NCBI GenBank assembly: GCA_964247135.1
Contig: CAXTTL010000099.1
Location: 1 to 16,715 of the forward strand
DNA: 16,715 nucleotides
Direction of reading: 5' to 3'
Source: an uncultured Deinococcales bacterium
GTDB lineage: Bacteria; Deinococcota; Deinococci; Deinococcales; JAAFIG01
The notes below the pieces were generated by a model, which searched no databases, had not been told where the DNA came from, and saw only the letters and a list, made by a program, of their open reading frames with translations. Position 1 is the first letter of the stretch. Every line of letters starts with the position of its first letter. Positions 1-8,298 of this stretch are shown here, in pieces. The translations under genes were made by a program, and so were the position numbers.

Positions 1-708
1 GAACTCGAAGGGTTTGAGTTCGCCCAGACCCGTTTTGTTCAGTCTCGCGCCAACAAACTCTACGGTCACGCTGGTAATGTTGCTGCGCGAGGTGTTCAGA
101 TCGAGCACAAACAACATTGTGTGCTTGAAGTTCGCCTCGTCGTGTTCCTCGAGTTTGGTGTCATGCTCGAGCTTGCCAAACCAAGTTTTGATCTCGTTCG
201 AGAGTGCTTCGGTTTTTGGTTGGTTGCCCGTGTTCAAACCACGTTGCACCAAATTTGCACTGATTAAATCTTGTGCTTTTGGGTTGTCCAAGGATGCTGG
301 AGCTTGTGTCTGTCTGTTTGGTTCTTGAACTTTTTTTGAGATTTGGGCTGTTAGGCTTCGCAACATCTCCTCGACACTCGCCATTTCCGAACCTTCAAGG
401 GGTTCAAAAGCCACCGCGTTGATAAATCCTTGACGGTCAAGAAGCTCGAGCAACACGGCGGCGCTGTGTTTGCATTCAACCTCAACTGGGCAGCTACATT
501 CATCGTCAATTGAAAACGCCCCGTTGTCTTCGTAAACGGCAATGTTTTGCTCGTACAATTCACCGTCTGAGCCACGGACTTTGCCCACGATCAAACCGTC
601 ATCGGTGATTTGAACGCTTTTGACTTTTTTATCGGCACGAATTTTTCGCGCCCTGGTCAAGACCGCGCCGGTGTAAAAATCGCCAATGTCTTTTTTGGTG
701 AACTCCAT
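1..708 (-). CDS. SWIM zinc-finger protein, N-terminal part (probably a SWIM-SNF2 family helicase); runs off the left window edge
   Basis: Hand translation from ATG at 708 (MEFTKKDIGDFYTGAVLTRARKI...) stays open for 236 codons to position 1. It contains GKVRGSDGELYEQNI followed by the SWIM signature CSCPVEVECKHSAAVLL (CxC-x5-CxH). The SNF2 domain is inferred from the common architecture and is not visible in the window. Confidence 0.85.
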   Translation of the reverse strand, partial: MEFTKKDIGDFYTGAVLTRARKIRADKKVKSVQITDDGLIVGKVRGSDGELYEQNIAVYEDNGAFSIDDECSCPVEVECKHSAAVLLELLDRQGFINAVAFEPLEGSEMASVEEMLRSLTAQISKKVQEPNRQTQAPASLDNPKAQDLISANLVQRGLNTGNQPKTEALSNEIKTWFGKLEHDTKLEEHDEANFKHTMLFVLDLNTSRSNITSVTVEFVGARLNKTGLGELKPFEF

Positions 709-758
709 ACAAACTCGAGTTTACCGTGCCTTGTGAAAACCACCAAAGGCAAAAAGGC

Positions 759-2246
759 TCAATTTGTTTTTTTCTGATCCAGTACCGCCCAAAATTGTTT
801 GTACGCCACCTGCCAAACACTCGCGTCTCGAGGTTGGAAGGTACGAAGCTCAAACGAATTTCGCACCACCTGACGCAATTCAGTCCACCCGAGATCACCC
901 GTTCCGACGGCTTGCAGCAAAATATTGCCCGTCAGGGTTGCATCGACCGGACCTGCGATCACCTCGAGTTGTGTGGCGTTCGCCGTGAACTGATTTAAGA
1001 GTTCGACTTGGCAACCGCCGCCGACCACATGAATTCTGGGGACTCGGGATTCGGTCACATGCTCGAGTTTTTCAATCACCGTTCGGTATTTTAGTGCCAA
1101 ACTCTCGAGGATGCAGCGCACGATTGCCGCACGGGTTTCGGGAATGCGCTGGGTTGTTTCATGGCAGTAGGCTTGCACCCGCGCTGGCATGTCCTCACCT
1201 GGAGCGAGAAAACGCGCATCGTCGGGGTCGATCAAGCAGAGAAACGCTGTAGTGTTTTTTGCCTCGAGGTATAAATCTGACCATTCAGGGTTGCCCCAAC
1301 TGCGGCGGCATTCCTGCAAAATCCACAAGCCCATGACGTTTTTCAGCAATCGATTCGTGCCGTTGACCCCAGCCTCGTTCGTCAAATTCGCCTCGAGTGC
1401 CGCGCTCGAGATCACCGGTTCTGGCGTCTCGAGACCAACCAGCGACCACGTGCCGCTGGAAATGTATGCAACGTTCGGTTCGGTCATCGGCACACTCACC
1501 ACCGCCGAAGCCGTGTCATGACTGCCTGGAGCGATCACAAGGATATTCTCGAGGTTGGTGTCAATCATTACGTCGGGCAGCAAATTTCCAATTACGCTGC
1601 CCGCCTCGACAATTTTGGGCAAGATCGCGCTCGGAATCCCAAATTTCTCGAGCACCTCAAACGCCCAGTCCCCAGTTCTTGGGTTGTAAAACTGCGTGGT
1701 GCTGGCATTGGTGCGCTCACAGGATTTCACGCCCGTCAACCAAAAATGCAATAAATCTGGAACGAGCAAAAAATGCGCTGCGGTCTCGAGGATTTTCGGC
1801 GCATCACGTTTGAGGGCAATCAACTGATACAAAGTGTTAAACGGTAGAAATTGCAAACCTGTCGCCTCGAACAAAGAAGCTCGAGAAACGATGTTGAAAG
1901 CCTCTTCCATCACGCCGTTCGTTCGCGCATCGCGGTAGCCATGAACGCCGTCGAGCATCAAACTGTACCCGTCCAGCAACGCGTAATCCACCGCCCACGA
2001 ATCCACGCCGACGCTCGAGATTTTCAGGTTTCGCTCCTGCGCTCGAGCGGACGCCAGTTTTAAACCCTGCAAAATTTCGCGCCACAACGCAAGTACATCC
2101 CAATACAACCCACCCTGAAGTGGTGTGACCCCATTCCAAAAGCGATGCACAATTTCAACCTCGAGTTTGTTGTGCTCGAGTTTCCCAAGCCCAACGCGAC
2201 CCCCAGAAGCTCCGAGGTCAATGGCGATGTGGGCTGTGTTGGACAT
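759..2246 (-). CDS. rhaB: Rhamnulokinase (FGGY sugar kinase family)
   Basis: 495 aa with motifs IAIDLGASGGR, DSWAVD, TGLQFLPFNTLYQL, GSHDTASAV, ISSGTWSLVG, KNVMGLWILQE and VVGGG. It lies downstream of the rhamnulose-phosphate aldolase/dehydrogenase and has an AAGGAAA RBS-like sequence before the ATG. Confidence 0.93.
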   Translation of the reverse strand: MSNTAHIAIDLGASGGRVGLGKLEHNKLEVEIVHRFWNGVTPLQGGLYWDVLALWREILQGLKLASARAQERNLKISSVGVDSWAVDYALLDGYSLMLDGVHGYRDARTNGVMEEAFNIVSRASLFEATGLQFLPFNTLYQLIALKRDAPKILETAAHFLLVPDLLHFWLTGVKSCERTNASTTQFYNPRTGDWAFEVLEKFGIPSAILPKIVEAGSVIGNLLPDVMIDTNLENILVIAPGSHDTASAVVSVPMTEPNVAYISSGTWSLVGLETPEPVISSAALEANLTNEAGVNGTNRLLKNVMGLWILQECRRSWGNPEWSDLYLEAKNTTAFLCLIDPDDARFLAPGEDMPARVQAYCHETTQRIPETRAAIVRCILESLALKYRTVIEKLEHVTESRVPRIHVVGGGCQVELLNQFTANATQLEVIAGPVDATLTGNILLQAVGTGDLGWTELRQVVRNSFELRTFQPRDASVWQVAYKQFWAVLDQKKTN

Positions 2247-2264
2247 GGGTTTCCTTTTATTCCA

Positions 2265-2305
2265 CCCTCATCCCCGACCCTTCTCCCGCTGGCGGGAGAA
2301 GGGAG
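2265..2305. repeat. BoxC/REP-like intergenic palindromic element
   Basis: CCCTCATCCCCGA is followed by the inverted repeat CCCTTCTCCCGC (2278-2289) TG GCGGGAGAAGGG (2292-2303). This pyrimidine tail plus purine/pyrimidine hairpin layout resembles E. coli BoxC-type dispersed repeats. Only one copy is present in the window. Confidence 0.65.
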
Positions 2306-2355
2306 TCTCGAGGTTTATGTTGTGTGGCTCGAGTGCTTTTGCTAATTGCTCTTCG

Positions 2356-4401
2356 CTATCTCACATACGCCGTCGGCACGCCACCGTCCACGGTCAACAC
2401 GCCGCCCGTGGTTTTGCTCGAGGCTGGACTGGCAAAAAAGAACACGGCTTGCGCAATGTCGTCTGGAAAAACGTTGACGCGCAAGGTGGTGCGTTTGCGG
2501 TAGAACTCGTCGAGTTCTTCGGGTTTGATGCCGTAAGCTTTGGCGCGTTCTTCTTTCCAACTCGAGTTCCAGATGGCGCTGCCCGAAAGCACGGCGTCTG
2601 GCAGCACGGAATTGACGCGAATGCCTGCCGCGCCGCCCTCTTCGGCGAGGCAACGCGCCAGGTGAAGTTCGGCGGCTTTGGCGGCGCTGTAGGCGGCTGC
2701 GTTTTTGCCTGCCGCAATCGAGTTTTTGCTGGCGATCATGATCAGATTGCCGCCCAGGTTTTGCGCTCGCCAGAGTTTAAATGCCTCTCGAGACACCAGA
2801 AAATAACCGGTCGAAAGGATACTCTGGTTTTTGTTCCACATTTCCAAACTGGTTTCTTCAATCGGGGCGCTCGAGGCGATGCCCGCGTTGTTGACCACGA
2901 TGTCGATGCCGCCGTACTTGAGGATGGCTTGGGCAAAGGCGGCTTGGACCTGGTTTTCATCGGTGACATTCATGCTGACGGCAAAAGCGCGTTTGAACCC
3001 TCGGGTTTTGATGATCTCATTGGCAACATTTTGTGCGCCTTCAAGGTTTAAATCCGCGATCACGACGTGTGCGCCCTCGGCTGCCAGACGGTGCGCGATG
3101 GCTTTGCCAATCCCGCTGGCTGCACCAGTGACCAAAGCAACTTTGCCCTCGAGCGCTTTGGGGGCGGGTTTGAGGCTGAGCTTGTACAACTCGAGTGGCC
3201 AGTATTCGATGGCATACGATTCGGCGGCACTCAAGGACACGAATTTCCCTTGGGCGTTTTGCATCACCAAAATGGCACGGTGGTACAACTGTTTTGATAC
3301 TTCCGCGCCCATCGCATCCGCGCCAGAGGTAATCATGCCGATGCCAGGAATCAGGGTCACTCGAGGGTTGGGCGTGAACATCGTGTCGCCCTCGCTTTTG
3401 TTGGCGTTAAAGTATTCCGTGTACTCTTGCACGAATTGCGCGGCACTGGTTTTGGTGCGCTCGAGCAACGCATCAACGCCATCTTGTGGTTTCCAGTCAA
3501 TAAACAATGGCACGCGTTTGGTGTGAACCAGATGGTCGGGACAGGCGGCGCCGACTTGCGAACGCTCGAGTGCGCCCTGTGACCCAACAAACTCGAGCAC
3601 GGCGTCTGAATCGTCGTACAAGAGCACACTGCCGCGATCATTGCCGAAAGCGCCGCGCAGTACGGGCATCAATTTTGCGACAATGGCGTCACGTTCTGTT
3701 TTGGGCAGTGCCGCGACCACCATTTCTGGTTTAACCTTGTGCTGCTCGAGGTAAACTTCTGCCTCGGCAATAATTTTAAGGGTGCTCCGATACGACTCGA
3801 GAGACGTATCCCCCCAAGTCACCAGCCCGTGCTTGCCCATGACCACGCACTCGAGTTTCGGGTTGTTGCGCACGGCAGCGCCGATTTGCTGCGAGAGCGT
3901 GAACCCAGGGCGGATGTACTCGACCCAGGCGGCGCGTTCGCCGTAAATCTGACGCATGATGTCTCGCCCGTTTTCGCTGCAAGCAATCGCTATAATTGCG
4001 TCTGGATGAGTATGATCGACGTGTTTGGCTGGGACAAAAGCGTGAAGCAAGGTTTCAATGCTTTGCCTCGGGCGACCCACCTCAAACGCCGTGCGATCCA
4101 GGTACGCGACCATTTCCTCGTCGCTCATGCTGGGGCGTTCAAACAAGGGCAGTACTTCCTCGAGTTTTAATCCCGCGAAACCTTTTTCAGTGATGTTGGC
4201 GATGTCAGAACCCGAACCCTTCACCCACAGCACCGTGACCTCACGTCCAACGTGGTCTTTCTCGAGCGATTTGGTGCTGGTGTTGCCACCGTAAATGTTC
4301 ACCAAACTGCGGTCTGTACCGAGCAACCTCGAGCGGTAGGCAAGGCTGATGAGTCCATCTGATGGGGGTGCGTCGTTGTCGTTCCATAAGTTTTTAGGCA
4401 T
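2356..4401 (-). CDS. rhaEW: Bifunctional rhamnulose-1-phosphate aldolase / short-chain dehydrogenase (RhaEW/YuxG type)
   Basis: N-terminal class II aldolase (GGNTSTK, KGSG, SIETLLH, HVDHTHPD, CPDH) fused to a C-terminal SDR (TGAASGIG, NNAG, YSAAK, VDGG). Start moved from 4446 to ATG 4401 (MPKNLW), which follows the RBS GAGGAG; 681 aa. Confidence 0.92.
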   Translation of the reverse strand: MPKNLWNDNDAPPSDGLISLAYRSRLLGTDRSLVNIYGGNTSTKSLEKDHVGREVTVLWVKGSGSDIANITEKGFAGLKLEEVLPLFERPSMSDEEMVAYLDRTAFEVGRPRQSIETLLHAFVPAKHVDHTHPDAIIAIACSENGRDIMRQIYGERAAWVEYIRPGFTLSQQIGAAVRNNPKLECVVMGKHGLVTWGDTSLESYRSTLKIIAEAEVYLEQHKVKPEMVVAALPKTERDAIVAKLMPVLRGAFGNDRGSVLLYDDSDAVLEFVGSQGALERSQVGAACPDHLVHTKRVPLFIDWKPQDGVDALLERTKTSAAQFVQEYTEYFNANKSEGDTMFTPNPRVTLIPGIGMITSGADAMGAEVSKQLYHRAILVMQNAQGKFVSLSAAESYAIEYWPLELYKLSLKPAPKALEGKVALVTGAASGIGKAIAHRLAAEGAHVVIADLNLEGAQNVANEIIKTRGFKRAFAVSMNVTDENQVQAAFAQAILKYGGIDIVVNNAGIASSAPIEETSLEMWNKNQSILSTGYFLVSREAFKLWRAQNLGGNLIMIASKNSIAAGKNAAAYSAAKAAELHLARCLAEEGGAAGIRVNSVLPDAVLSGSAIWNSSWKEERAKAYGIKPEELDEFYRKRTTLRVNVFPDDIAQAVFFFASPASSKTTGGVLTVDGGVPTAYVR

Positions 4402-4422
4402 GACTCGCTCCTCGACCTTGGT

Positions 4423-4520
4423 ATGTTTGATTTTGCCGATATTCAAACATTAAACCACATTTTCTTGTGCGTTTCAAACTTTGAGGTAACATCAATCAAA
4501 CAATCACCCAAAAATCAAAC
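4423..4520 (-). promoter_or_regulatory. Putative operator array upstream of the rhamnose genes
   Basis: Inverted repeat ATGTTTGA-N12-TCAAACAT (4423-4450) plus further WWTCAAAC copies at 4472-4479, 4494-4501 and 4513-4520 in an AT-rich intergenic region. Confidence 0.55.
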
Positions 4521-4551
4521 CCGTGTGACCGATAACATTGGTATTCGAGAT

Positions 4552-5310
4552 TTACTGGACAATGCCAATGATGCCAGCGTAATCGCCCACACTGTCAAAA
4601 CCCGAGTTTGGTACGAACAATCCCGAAATGTTGCCATCCAAATAAAGTGCGTTTGGGCAGTGCAACACGTCTTTAAAAAACGTGGCGAACTCGTAAAAAC
4701 TCACCCAACTCTGCGCGATGACCAAATGAACACTCGAACCTGTTTCAACGCCCACACCGTTGCGCACGAGCATGTTGCTCGAGGATTTTTGAAATTTAGG
4801 ATTGATGTTGTTGTTTTGCACCAGCAATGGACCCGATTGGGTTGCCTCGAGCGCTTTTGGTTGGCTGCGAATATATTCTTGGGTGTTTAAGATTTTTGCA
4901 CCGTTTGCACCCCAAAAAAACACGCCATTGGGCTGCATGTAAAAATTACCAAACGCTTTGGTGCGGCGGTTGATGTTGTGCAGTGTTTGTCCATGCTGAA
5001 CCTGCAAACCGAGCGGAGTGTACGTCTTGTCAAAAATCCCAGCGTTCATGGCTGCCAGCAGCTTGACGCCGTTTTTGGCAAGTTGTCGCTCGAGGTTTTG
5101 AAAGGTTTTAAAGGGTTGGTTTTTGGGATCCTTCCAGAACATTTTGAGCTTGACTTTTTTCAAATCGACGCTGACCACCGCGTACTTGTTGCCAGCAAAC
5201 TCGAGTTGACGAATTTCCACGCCGTTGTCAATAGCTTTGGGTGCGGCAAGGCTCAGGATTGGCACGATGGCAGCCAGCGCTAGAACAATCAAGCCTCGAG
5301 CGAGATTCAT
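4552..5310 (-). CDS. Exported phosphodiester glycosidase family protein (YigE/DUF2233, NAGPA-like)
   Basis: 252 aa with a signal peptide (MNLARGLIVLALAAIVPILSLA) and motifs AMNAGIF, PLGL, GNFYMQPNGVF, ATQSGPLLV, RNGVGV, FYEFATFFKD and ALYLDGNIS. Confidence 0.88.
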   Translation of the reverse strand: MNLARGLIVLALAAIVPILSLAAPKAIDNGVEIRQLEFAGNKYAVVSVDLKKVKLKMFWKDPKNQPFKTFQNLERQLAKNGVKLLAAMNAGIFDKTYTPLGLQVQHGQTLHNINRRTKAFGNFYMQPNGVFFWGANGAKILNTQEYIRSQPKALEATQSGPLLVQNNNINPKFQKSSSNMLVRNGVGVETGSSVHLVIAQSWVSFYEFATFFKDVLHCPNALYLDGNISGLFVPNSGFDSVGDYAGIIGIVQ

Positions 5311-5434
5311 TGTGGGAGTACCGCGCTAAGACTAAGCTCAGGAAAGTCGAATCGATTGTTGGGTGTAAAGGTTTGAGATTTGCGCATACAATTTCCCGAT
5401 TATCATATTCGGTTCGTGTCGCCCAAGATGTGCG

Positions 5435-5451
5435 GTATGCTGAGAACAGAA
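5435..5451 (+). promoter_or_regulatory. RDRM-like (DdrO-binding) operator overlapping the -10 box TATGCT (5436-5441) and the polB start
   Basis: GTATGCTGAGAACAGAA matches the 17-bp RDRM consensus as recalled, T(T/C)(A/C)(T/C)G(T/C)NN(T/A)N(A/G)(A/G)C(G/A)(T/G)A(A/G), at every position except the first. Confidence 0.65.
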
Positions 5452-7766
5452 TGAAACTCGAGGTTGAAACCACTCACCAAACCAAAGCCTGGGTGTTTGG
5501 TTGGGACACCACGCCAGGCATCGTCAGTTTGTGGACTGGCAGTGGCGGCGAGGTGCTGGTCTGGCGGCGCGAAAATGGAGCACTCAAACTCGAGCATGAC
5601 CGTTACCGCCCGTGGATTTTTGCCGAACACCTCAAACATTTGTCGCACCTTGGCAACGCGCTGCAACACGACTCGAGCGATGGCGAATTTGCATTCCAAA
5701 AACTGCGCGGAAACGGCGCGTACCAATATTTGATCACTGCCAGGGATTCCAGAATGCTGCGCGGCGCGATTCTCGAGGGGGCAAAACAGGCGGGTTTGAC
5801 TGCCAACAACATCAATGATCTTGAAGGCTATTACAGCGTTGGTGCAGCCGAACAATACCTGATGCAGACGGGACGAACGTTTTTCCGTGACCTCGAGTTT
5901 TCAGATTTGAAACGCCTGCAATTTGACCTCGAGACGACTTCGCTCGAGCCTGCCTTTGGGCGCATCATCATGATTGCGGTGCGTGACTCGAGCGGTTTTG
6001 AAACCCTGCTCGAAGCGCCCAACCCCGAAGATGAGGCTGGGGCAATTCGTAAACTGGTGCAGATCATTCAAGACCGCAACCCCGACGTGATCGAGAATCA
6101 CAACCTGGTCGGTTTTGACCTGCCCTACCTCGAGCACCGCGCCCGAGAACTCAGTGTCAGGCTCGAGCTTGGACGCGCTCCAGCCCCGACCTTATTGCGC
6201 CGTGAAAATGTCAATGACCGTTTCAGCATCAACGGTCGAGAACTGATCGACACCCTGGATGCCGTCTGGCGGCACGATTTTGTCACCCGAGAACTCCCAA
6301 GTCACCGCCTGAAGGACGTTGCCAAGCATTACAAGCTTGCCGCCCCAGACCGCGAATACATCACAGGCTCGGAAATTGCGCTCGAGTACACCCGCAACCC
6401 CGAGCGCGTGCGGCGTTATGCGCTCGAGGATGTGCGCGAGGTGGACAGGTTGAGCCAGCGGTTGATGCCCGCCTCGTTCGCGCTGTCCAAACTTGCGCCG
6501 CGCCGCTTTGAACGCGTGGCAAGTGCGGGAACAGCCACCGGCATTCTCGAGCCGATGCTGGTTCGGGCGTATTTGCACCAAGGCTATGCCCTGCCGCGTT
6601 CGACCCGTGTTTACCTCGAGAAACCGCACGAGGGCGGCGCGGTGATGTTGTACGCCAGCGGTGTCGCAAAAAACGTGGTCAAAGCCGACATTGCCAGCCT
6701 ATACCCCAGCATCATGCGGGCGTTCAAAATTGGACCCGAATGCGACGAACTCGGGGCAATGCTCGAGATTGTGGATTCACTCACCACCCAGCGCCTCGGG
6801 TTTAAGAAATTGGCGAAAGATGCCGCTCGAGAAACCCCCACTTTTGCCCACGCCGACGCCATGCAAGCCGCCATGAAATTGATTATCAACAGCGCCTACG
6901 GTTATTTGGGCGCGGGCAAGATGGCGCTTTTTGCCGACCGTCCCGCCGCCGATGCGATCACCTTGCACGGCAGGCAAATTCTCGAGCAGGTCACCGTTCA
7001 ACTCAAAAAAGCGGGCATGACGCTGCTCGAGGCGGACACCGACGGCGTGTTTTTTGCGCTGCCCGAAACTTGGAATGAAGCTGGAGCTAGGGCTTTGGTT
7101 TCTCAAATCAGCGACACCCTGCCCGACGGTATCAAACTCGAGTTCGATAACTTGTACAAAACCATGCTCTCGCACGAAATCAAAAATTACGCGCTGCTGA
7201 CCTTTGACGGCACCATGATTTTGCGCGGCGCGGGTTTTCGCTCGAGCCGCTTTGAACCCTTTGGCGCAAAATTCTTAGAGGATTCCGTGCGCTGCATCCT
7301 CGAGAATGACGTGATTGGCGCTCGGAATGCGTATCTCACCGTGATCGAAAAATTGCAAGCTCGAGCGTACACGGCTGCCGAGGTTGCGACCCGCACCAAA
7401 CTCAGCAAGGGTGCGGAAACCTATGCCGCCAGCCGTCATAAGCTGAAGGAAGCTGCTTACGAAGCCATGCTCGAGGCGGGCAAAACCTGGCGCCGCAACG
7501 AAAAAATTCGGTTTTACCGAACTTTAAACGGCAAAAGCAAGCTCTTGCCAATCGATGAAGAAATCAGCAACCCGCTCGAGCTTGCCAAAGATTACGACGT
7601 GCCCTATTACGTCGCTCTGTTTGAACGCACCTATGTCAAACGCTTTGAGAAGGCTTTTGAACCTGAAGTTTTCGCTCAAGTCTTCCGCTCGAGCGTCCAG
7701 CACAGTTTGTTCGACCCGCCAATAACGGGTTTAAGTGTCAAATGGGTTGAAAAGGAGAAACCATGA
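5451..7766 (+). CDS. polB: Family B DNA polymerase with 3'-5' exonuclease domain
   Basis: ExoI FDLET, ExoII NHNLVGFDLPYL, ExoIII YALEDV; polymerase motif A KADIASLYPSIM, motif B KLIINSAYGYLG, motif C EADTDGV; C-terminal QHSLF. Start set at ATG 5451 (771 aa) because the 5241 start overlaps the divergent gene. Confidence 0.92.
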   Translation: MKLEVETTHQTKAWVFGWDTTPGIVSLWTGSGGEVLVWRRENGALKLEHDRYRPWIFAEHLKHLSHLGNALQHDSSDGEFAFQKLRGNGAYQYLITARDSRMLRGAILEGAKQAGLTANNINDLEGYYSVGAAEQYLMQTGRTFFRDLEFSDLKRLQFDLETTSLEPAFGRIIMIAVRDSSGFETLLEAPNPEDEAGAIRKLVQIIQDRNPDVIENHNLVGFDLPYLEHRARELSVRLELGRAPAPTLLRRENVNDRFSINGRELIDTLDAVWRHDFVTRELPSHRLKDVAKHYKLAAPDREYITGSEIALEYTRNPERVRRYALEDVREVDRLSQRLMPASFALSKLAPRRFERVASAGTATGILEPMLVRAYLHQGYALPRSTRVYLEKPHEGGAVMLYASGVAKNVVKADIASLYPSIMRAFKIGPECDELGAMLEIVDSLTTQRLGFKKLAKDAARETPTFAHADAMQAAMKLIINSAYGYLGAGKMALFADRPAADAITLHGRQILEQVTVQLKKAGMTLLEADTDGVFFALPETWNEAGARALVSQISDTLPDGIKLEFDNLYKTMLSHEIKNYALLTFDGTMILRGAGFRSSRFEPFGAKFLEDSVRCILENDVIGARNAYLTVIEKLQARAYTAAEVATRTKLSKGAETYAASRHKLKEAAYEAMLEAGKTWRRNEKIRFYRTLNGKSKLLPIDEEISNPLELAKDYDVPYYVALFERTYVKRFEKAFEPEVFAQVFRSSVQHSLFDPPITGLSVKWVEKEKP

Positions 7767-8239
7767 ACCGTGAAGCTCGAGATTTCCTGCGCCACACCGT
7801 CGCCACGCTCGCGTACCGTTGCAGCAAAACCTTGCGGGATGCGCCAGAGCATTTTGCGGATTTTAAAACCGAACTCACTGCAAATACGCCCGTGTTTTTG
7901 CTCTCGCACATTGCCGATTTGCTCGAGTGGGCGCTGACCATGACCCGTAGCGAACCCAAATATCCTGCAACAGTCATTGGCGATTGGCAGCTCGAGAAAC
8001 ACCGCTTTTACACTGCACTCAAAGCGCTCGATGATTTTCTGGCGTCCGAGGTTGTGATTGACGCGCCGCTCGAGAAAATATTTCAAGGTCCGATTGCCGA
8101 TGCGCTCACGCACACGGGACAGCTTGCCATGTTGCGACGTATGGCGGGATCACCGATCAAAGGCGAAAATTATTTTAAGGCAGACATCACCACGGGAGTT
8201 GTGGGCGAAAGTCAACCAGCACCAAAGCTCGAGTTTTAA
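7763..8239 (+). CDS. DinB/YfiT-like four-helix-bundle putative metalloprotein
   Basis: 158 aa with LLSHIADLL and DALTHTGQLAMLRR, resembling the DinB H...H-x3-H-x-GQ signature. Its ATGA overlaps the polB stop and it has the RBS AAGGAG. Confidence 0.75.
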   Translation: MNREARDFLRHTVATLAYRCSKTLRDAPEHFADFKTELTANTPVFLLSHIADLLEWALTMTRSEPKYPATVIGDWQLEKHRFYTALKALDDFLASEVVIDAPLEKIFQGPIADALTHTGQLAMLRRMAGSPIKGENYFKADITTGVVGESQPAPKLEF

Positions 8240-8287
8240 AGATCGTGGCTCGAGTTTTGCGGTGTTGAGAACGTCAATCGAATCGTC

Positions 8288-8293
8288 TACACT
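8288..8293 (+). promoter_or_regulatory. -10 box (TACACT) of a probable leaderless transcript
   Basis: TACACT lies 5 nt before ATG 8299 and there is no Shine-Dalgarno sequence. Confidence 0.6.
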
Positions 8294-8298
8294 AAGCC

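Noticed and set aside
727-751. Hairpin TGCCTT...AAGGCA after rhaB as a terminator
   Set aside because: The stem is imperfect, and on the transcribed minus strand the T run precedes rather than follows it.
2125-3051. 308-aa plus-strand ORF
   Set aside because: It is antisense to the SDR domain of rhaEW and to the rhaB start. Long antisense frames are common opposite SDR genes, and this one has no RBS or recognisable motifs.
5241-5450. 70-aa N-terminal extension of PolB in the ORF track
   Set aside because: It overlaps the divergent DUF2233 gene and the promoter region. The -10 box and RDRM-like site point to ATG 5451.
5451-7766. PolB as the replicase of a prophage, casposon or pipolin
   Set aside because: No integrase, cas1, terminal repeats or phage genes are nearby. 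The gene carries the host CTCGAG signature at full density and a clamp-binding-like motif.
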